From a virus: DNA of 64,000 nucleotides. The stretch is from IMG/VR virus record IMGVR_UViG_3300035691_000003, positions 10,841 through 74,840 of that record, one strand, 5' to 3'. This document shows positions 59,215 to 64,000 of this stretch, in pieces (the stretch's first letter is position 1; each line of letters opens with the position of its first letter). The translations under genes and the position numbers were made by a program. The notes under the pieces were generated by a model. It searched no databases and had not been told where the DNA came from. It saw only the letters and a program-made list of their open reading frames with translations.

Positions 59215-59847
59215 GTGCCTATGAGCACTGCTTTCACGCCTGAAATTGTCAGTTCCGCGTTACCGCAAGTCTCCGCCGCGTCATTCCTCAACCTGCGGCA
59301 AAAGTCCTTTATCGACAACTACATAGAGTGCAAGGTACTTTGGCGCGCGGCGGAACTGGCAGGGTATAACGGCAATCAGAATACCCTGGCCCAAACCGCT
59401 AACGACCTCCTAAAAGTTCCTAAAGTGCGTGCTTACTACGAGGAAAGGTTGCAGGAAATGCACTTATCCTCATCGGAAGTATTGGCGGAAATTGCCATCG
59501 TTGGCCGTTACGACGTGATTACCAATCCGACCGGACCAGTGCGAGCAACTGACAAGCTCAAGGCCCTAGAATTGGCAGGAAGGTATCACAAACTGTTTAG
59601 CGACAAGTCCGACACCGACTCCACCTTCTCCGCCGCCGACATCGACCGCCTGGGCCAATCGTTGCTGAACGCGATGATTGAAGCGAGCGCCAGGATGCGA
59701 CAGGCGCAAGGTGGTGGACCTGGACCAGTGGACCAGCAGCAACTTGGACCAGCGACGAGTACACCTATCGGCACCGTGGACCAGATGGCCCATCAACCTC
59801 TCGACACACTCCCACTTGCGAGTACACCTATTCCCGACAGCGAGTAG
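59215..59847 (+). CDS. terS: terminase small subunit
   Basis: RQKSFIDNY..RAAELAGY..ANDLLKVPKVRAY..EVLAEI..DKLKALELAGRYHKLF. Confidence 0.85.
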   Translation: MPMSTAFTPEIVSSALPQVSAASFLNLRQKSFIDNYIECKVLWRAAELAGYNGNQNTLAQTANDLLKVPKVRAYYEERLQEMHLSSSEVLAEIAIVGRYDVITNPTGPVRATDKLKALELAGRYHKLFSDKSDTDSTFSAADIDRLGQSLLNAMIEASARMRQAQGGGPGPVDQQQLGPATSTPIGTVDQMAHQPLDTLPLASTPIPDSE

Positions 59848-60148
59848 CGTGGGCCATGGATCATCGCCGGTCATCGTCATCCGTGACCATCGTCACTACT
59901 ATGTAGCACATACGACATATAGACCATCACGCTCACTCTCGCCACCACTCACCACTGTGCGTAGCAGCCAGCAGCGACGATAGCAACTTGACAGCAGCAA
60001 CTTTTCGACGGGGGGGGGCGTCTCTCGGCCTGGTGGAAAGGTGGTCGCCCCGGCAGAACCGGCGGGCGGGGTGGAACGGGACTCGATGCGGGGGGGGTGG
60101 GGCCACAGGCGAAAGCATCGCTTCTCGGTTCCATCACGGTGATTGCAG

Positions 60149-60487
60149 TTACTCACAGTTGTCGATGCGTTGTCCGGTGATCTTGATAGTGATAGCAGGC
60201 TGTCCCGTCAGGTGTCCCTGAATGTGAACTGAGCCGTCACCGAATGACCTGCCTGTACATTGAAGCGCAAGTTCATCGAGCGGGCCAAAGACTGACTTTC
60301 CTTCGTTAAAGCGTTTTACGTGAATGTTCATACTTGCTTCCGTGTCGTCAGTGGTAGATGTTTGGATCTCGCCGGTGTAGTAATAGGCGAAGTCCCCGCC
60401 GTAAATCTTACTGCCAACCACAAATACAAGACCCCAGCCTTGATTGCCGCGCGAGTTGAATTGAACTTTATAGATTCCGTCGTTCAT
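60149..60487 (-). CDS. GrlR-like beta-barrel protein
   Basis: MNDGIYKVQF..G.G.V...IYGGDFAYYYTG. Confidence 0.55.
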   Translation of the reverse strand: MNDGIYKVQFNSRGNQGWGLVFVVGSKIYGGDFAYYYTGEIQTSTTDDTEASMNIHVKRFNEGKSVFGPLDELALQCTGRSFGDGSVHIQGHLTGQPAITIKITGQRIDNCE

Positions 60488-61449
60488 AGTTGACTCCCTT
60501 TTAGTGACTTTAGTCCTTTTCTTCTCCATCTGTACGATCCTTTTCCACCAGCGGATTCCCCATCAGCGTCACCATCCGGCATTCCCCGCACCAGAGTTCC
60601 AGGGTGCGCAGAGTGGAGACCGGCACGCCCTCGGGATAGTTGGCCCCAATCAGCAGCGGCAACCCGCACCCGCCGCACTTCATCGTCGCCCGGCGCAGGC
60701 GAGATTCGCGGGTTTCCTCAGTCGTCATCGGCAAGCATCCATAGGTACGGCTTCGGCGGACGGTTTGCAAAATCGTAACCAGAGGGCCGGAGGTCGTCGT
60801 GCTTATACCCTTGCCGGAAGATATAAGTACCGTAACCGCTGGCGGTCGTTGCAAAGGTAAGTATATCCTCGGTGGTGGACGCAGCTATACGCACATACGA
60901 CGGGGACTCGCGGGTTTCTTCGCTGGTGGTCATTTGAGCGCCTGCTTTATTATCTCGCGCACCTGATCCTCGACTACGTTGAACCGTTCGCGCGCTGACC
61001 GTTCCGCTGCCATGTAACCGTGGACGAAGAATAGCTTTGCCAGTACCCGTGTGGCTTCCTCCTGCTCGGGGTCAGGCACGGGGCCGCGCCGGGCAATGGT
61101 GGGCTTGAGCGCAGCGTCCCATGCGGTAGTAAACGCCGCTTGGGCCTCGACCGGCAACGCGCCAAATATCTCGCTGGTCGCTACGGACATCTCGCTCATC
61201 GCCTACTCTCCCTTGTGTTCAGTTGTCGATTGGCGGGGTTATTCATCGCTCGACCTCCTCCTCAATTCCTCTCCTCCCACAACCCCGCCGCCACCTCTTC
61301 CGCCCGCACTCTGAGCGCCACCGCCAGCGACTGGTCATCGACGCCTTTCAACCCGGCGAACAGGGCGGGGGCCGACTCTGGTCTGTAGTCGTCGTCGTAC
61401 CACGCCGCGCACGGGAGCCAACTGTCGATGGTGGGGTTGTTGTTCCGGT

Positions 61450-61845
61450 TCATAGATACCTAAGCGCCAGTCCGTTGATTGTAATGTGCATGATGTTGTC
61501 TGCGATTATCAGCAGCCAAACGGCGAGAAAAGGTGGCGTCTCCGCTGGGTAGCCTGTGGCCGTGTCGAACCTGCACTCCATGCCGACCATGCACCGTGGG
61601 CCTATATGGTTCTTGATTTGTACAACGAACCGCGCCAGTCGCCAGCGGTCGATGGCGAAATGAGTACTGATGATCACCACCAGCGCCAACAGCGATGGTC
61701 GTAGTAATAGAAAGGGCAACCCGTAGGTGACGACATGTACCAGCGCGGCAATCGACCTCTTCGTTTTTCCTGTCGCCATCCAGTCGGATTGCAGGATGTA
61801 GTCTCCGACTGCGTGTGCTAGTAGCTGATCCGCTGAGATAAACAT
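61450..61845 (-). CDS. DUF3307-like membrane protein
   Basis: LLAHAVGDYILQSDWMA..K; THFAID; DNIMH. Confidence 0.7.
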   Translation of the reverse strand: MFISADQLLAHAVGDYILQSDWMATGKTKRSIAALVHVVTYGLPFLLLRPSLLALVVIISTHFAIDRWRLARFVVQIKNHIGPRCMVGMECRFDTATGYPAETPPFLAVWLLIIADNIMHITINGLALRYL

Positions 61846-62335
61846 TAGACCAATACCGCCGATTGGTAAGCGTCAATGGCGGCGATTACAGCGTCCCGTA
61901 GATATTGCCTCGCACTGGCGGGTAACTCATTCCACTGCAAGTTGAGCATCTGCTTTTGCGCGTCGTCCAGTTTTTCCCAGTCATAGTAGCCGTTCATTCC
62001 GTTGATTGTCCGCGTGCCGCGCCATCCAAGCTCGGCCAGTCCGTCGTAGTTGGTCATCGACACACCGCCTGTCTCAACTGCTGACCCCCTCGACTTAGAA
62101 GAAACGTAAGGTGATCATGGTATTTCTCAGGAAAGAACACTGGACCGAGCAGTGGGTGGCCATTTTCCAGCAGCAGATTCTGACAGGTGCGACAGAACGG
62201 GGCACCGCGTTGTTTTGGTCCGTCGCATCCAGCGCATACGATTGATGTCAGTTCACGAGTCGCGTTGCGCCGCTGGCGTTCGTTGATTGTGGTTTTCACC
62301 TGTCGTCACCCTTTCTCATGAAGACTGAAGCTCGC

Positions 62336-62539
62336 TTACTCCCTCTCCTTCACAAACGCCCAAACCATCGCCGCCGCCCATCCTATCACCGTCCAGCCGA
62401 GCAGCAGGTTGAGCACGAAGATGGCTCCCATCTGCCGCCGTCTGAAGGTCAGCGCCAGCAGCGTGGGCAGCAAGTAGATGAAGAACCCGGCGAGGAAGAT
62501 GATCAGCGCGAACAGCAGCGAGCCTGCGTTGTCGTTCAT
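62336..62539 (-). CDS. superinfection immunity protein (T4 Imm-like)
   Basis: IYLLPTLLA..R...IFVLNLLLGWTVIGWAAAMVWA. Confidence 0.85.
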   Translation of the reverse strand: MNDNAGSLLFALIIFLAGFFIYLLPTLLALTFRRRQMGAIFVLNLLLGWTVIGWAAAMVWAFVKERE

Positions 62540-62546
62540 GTCGCGT

Positions 62547-62598
62547 AGCGTAGCATGGAATTTGCCGCTTGACAAGTAGGTGAGACATAGTCTACCAT
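62547..62598. promoter_or_regulatory. divergent promoters with overlapping -35 (CTTGACAAG)
   Basis: Plus TTGACA-N18-TACCAT; minus TTGTCA-N17-TACGCT; both near-leaderless. Confidence 0.65.
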
Positions 62599-62606
62599 CT
62601 TAGACA

Positions 62607-62813
62607 ATGATGATAGGCGAACTAATGCGTAGCTGGCGGCAAAAGCGGGACATCGGCGTGCGGGAAGCCGGACAGCAAATCGGCGTCTCCCACGGCACTG
62701 TGTCGCGGATTGAACGGGGCGAGCAGATTGACGCGGCGACGATGATGAAGTTACTGACATGGCTGTTCAACGTGACCAACGGCACCCCAACCGAGCGGAG
62801 GAAGAGGCGGTGA
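62607..62813 (+). CDS. XRE-family HTH regulator (Cro-like)
   Basis: IGELMRSWRQKRDIGVREAGQQIGVSHGTVSRIERGE. Confidence 0.85.
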   Translation: MMIGELMRSWRQKRDIGVREAGQQIGVSHGTVSRIERGEQIDAATMMKLLTWLFNVTNGTPTERRKRR

Positions 62814-63544
62814 GCGCGGTAATGGCCCACATAGTTGCATTGTCAGGCGGTAAGGACTCCACGGCGATGGCTATTGGCTTAGCTGAGATTGAGCCACGAG
62901 AATATGAGTACGTCTGTACGCCGACAGGGAACGAGTTACCGGAGATGCGAGCGCACTGGGATCGTCTCGCGGAACATTTCGGCAAGCCGTTAATCAATCT
63001 TCCGTCGGAGTCTTTCGCTAGTTTAATCTACCGCCAGAACGCCTTGCCAAACTGGCGAATGCGCTGGTGTACGCGGATGCTGAAGATCGAGCCATTCGAG
63101 CGGTATATTCTTGATCGTCAGCCTTGCACTGTCTATGTCGGTATTCGCGCTGATGAGGTAGAACGAGAAGGCGTTGCATACGAGAAGTTGAGCGATGGGA
63201 TCACCCGCCGCTATCCGCTGGTCGAGTGGGGCTGGGGTAAGGGAGACGTACTGCGCGTGCTAGATCGTGAAGGTATTGTCATTCCCGAACGAACGGACTG
63301 CGCGGTCTGCTTCTTTCAGACGCTGTACGAGTGGTATCAACTTTGGCTTAATCATCGAGCCACGTTTTTCCAGCAGGGTATTGAGTGGGAGCGATTCACG
63401 GGACATACGCTTCGATCTGAGCAACGCGACACGTGGCCCGCGTCTCTTGAGGAGCTAGCTAAAGAGTTTGAGAGCGGGCGAATCCCTAAGCAGCGACAAA
63501 CCATGAAGGATCGTAAAGTTATGTGCTCAGTATGCGCGAGATAG
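62810..63544 (+). CDS. PAPS-reductase-family (PP-loop) protein
   Basis: LSGGKDSTAM; TGNELPE; RWCTRMLKIEP; GIRADE; CAVCF. Confidence 0.8.
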   Translation: MSAVMAHIVALSGGKDSTAMAIGLAEIEPREYEYVCTPTGNELPEMRAHWDRLAEHFGKPLINLPSESFASLIYRQNALPNWRMRWCTRMLKIEPFERYILDRQPCTVYVGIRADEVEREGVAYEKLSDGITRRYPLVEWGWGKGDVLRVLDREGIVIPERTDCAVCFFQTLYEWYQLWLNHRATFFQQGIEWERFTGHTLRSEQRDTWPASLEELAKEFESGRIPKQRQTMKDRKVMCSVCAR

Positions 63545-64000
63545 TGGCGATGAGTCACAGCGAAAGGAACGGTGAGAGGGTGAGCGCTAGCATTATTGGT
63601 CTACGCATTAAGTGTCAAACCCTTGGCCGGATTGTGAACGTGCCGCGAGAGGACTTTGCAATCGGCCCTCGGAGTAAACCGACAATGGCCTATGTGGTTC
63701 GCTGCCGTTGCGGTGGTCTACATCGAATTCCGGCCCAGAAGGTGACAAAACCAACAAAAAGTAAGCAGGCGATACCGATTGCGCGCAACCCCGCAGGAGA
63801 ATCCAAGTGAGTGAGCGGCGTGCATCCGGGTTGCTTTGGCTTATTGCTGTCATCTCGTTCATATGGGCCGCAACGTGCATGACTATGAACCTCAATCAGT
63901 CAAGTGTAATCCGCGACCTCCAGCGCCGAGTCAGCCAACTGGAACAGCAGGTGAAACGATGAACAACGACGACGATAACGATAACGATGACCAGTCCGGT

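Noticed and set aside
1-64000. Genome-wide stop-codon reassignment
   Set aside because: Long genes are intact in code 11 and TAA, TAG and TGA all terminate genes; only one interrupted ORF was found

Overview
The window is part of a tailed dsDNA phage genome, probably short-tailed because no tape measure is seen. An Acidobacteriota host is a tentative inference only. 1-33 kb (+) is the morphogenesis arm: portal, scaffold, major capsid, decoration-like paralogs, adaptor/nozzle-like proteins, GNAT, PAPS-reductase-like protein, glycosyltransferase, hexapeptide acetyltransferase, tail fibres and membrane/lysis-type genes. Two fibre/adhesin-type proteins unusually carry Sec-type signal peptides. 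35-57.8 kb (mostly -) is the early/recombination arm: endonuclease VII, RusA, SSB-like protein, Sak4/AAA_24, PD-(D/E)xK nuclease, Pif1-type helicase and many small ORFs, with an inverted RHH + AAA_25 helicase + iteron module at 49.8-51.2 kb. 57.9-64 kb holds a GIY-YIG-HTH fusion, the small terminase, Imm, an XRE regulator and a second PAPS-reductase-like gene. No large terminase, integrase, DNA polymerase, recognisable endolysin, canonical tRNA or CRISPR array is seen. The standout feature is 33.2-35.0 kb (-), a near-contiguous tandem array of about 10 different structured RNAs. Most are closed by their own 8-13 bp terminal stem and several are tRNA-like (one 374-nt unit ends in a T-arm plus CCA; two share a G3:U70/A73 Ala-type acceptor stem). 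boxA-like motifs are interspersed and a secreted Cys-rich peptide gene is embedded. Similar stem-closed RNAs occur at 706-857 and 30298-30431. All protein family calls come from motif recognition by eye, not database searches.
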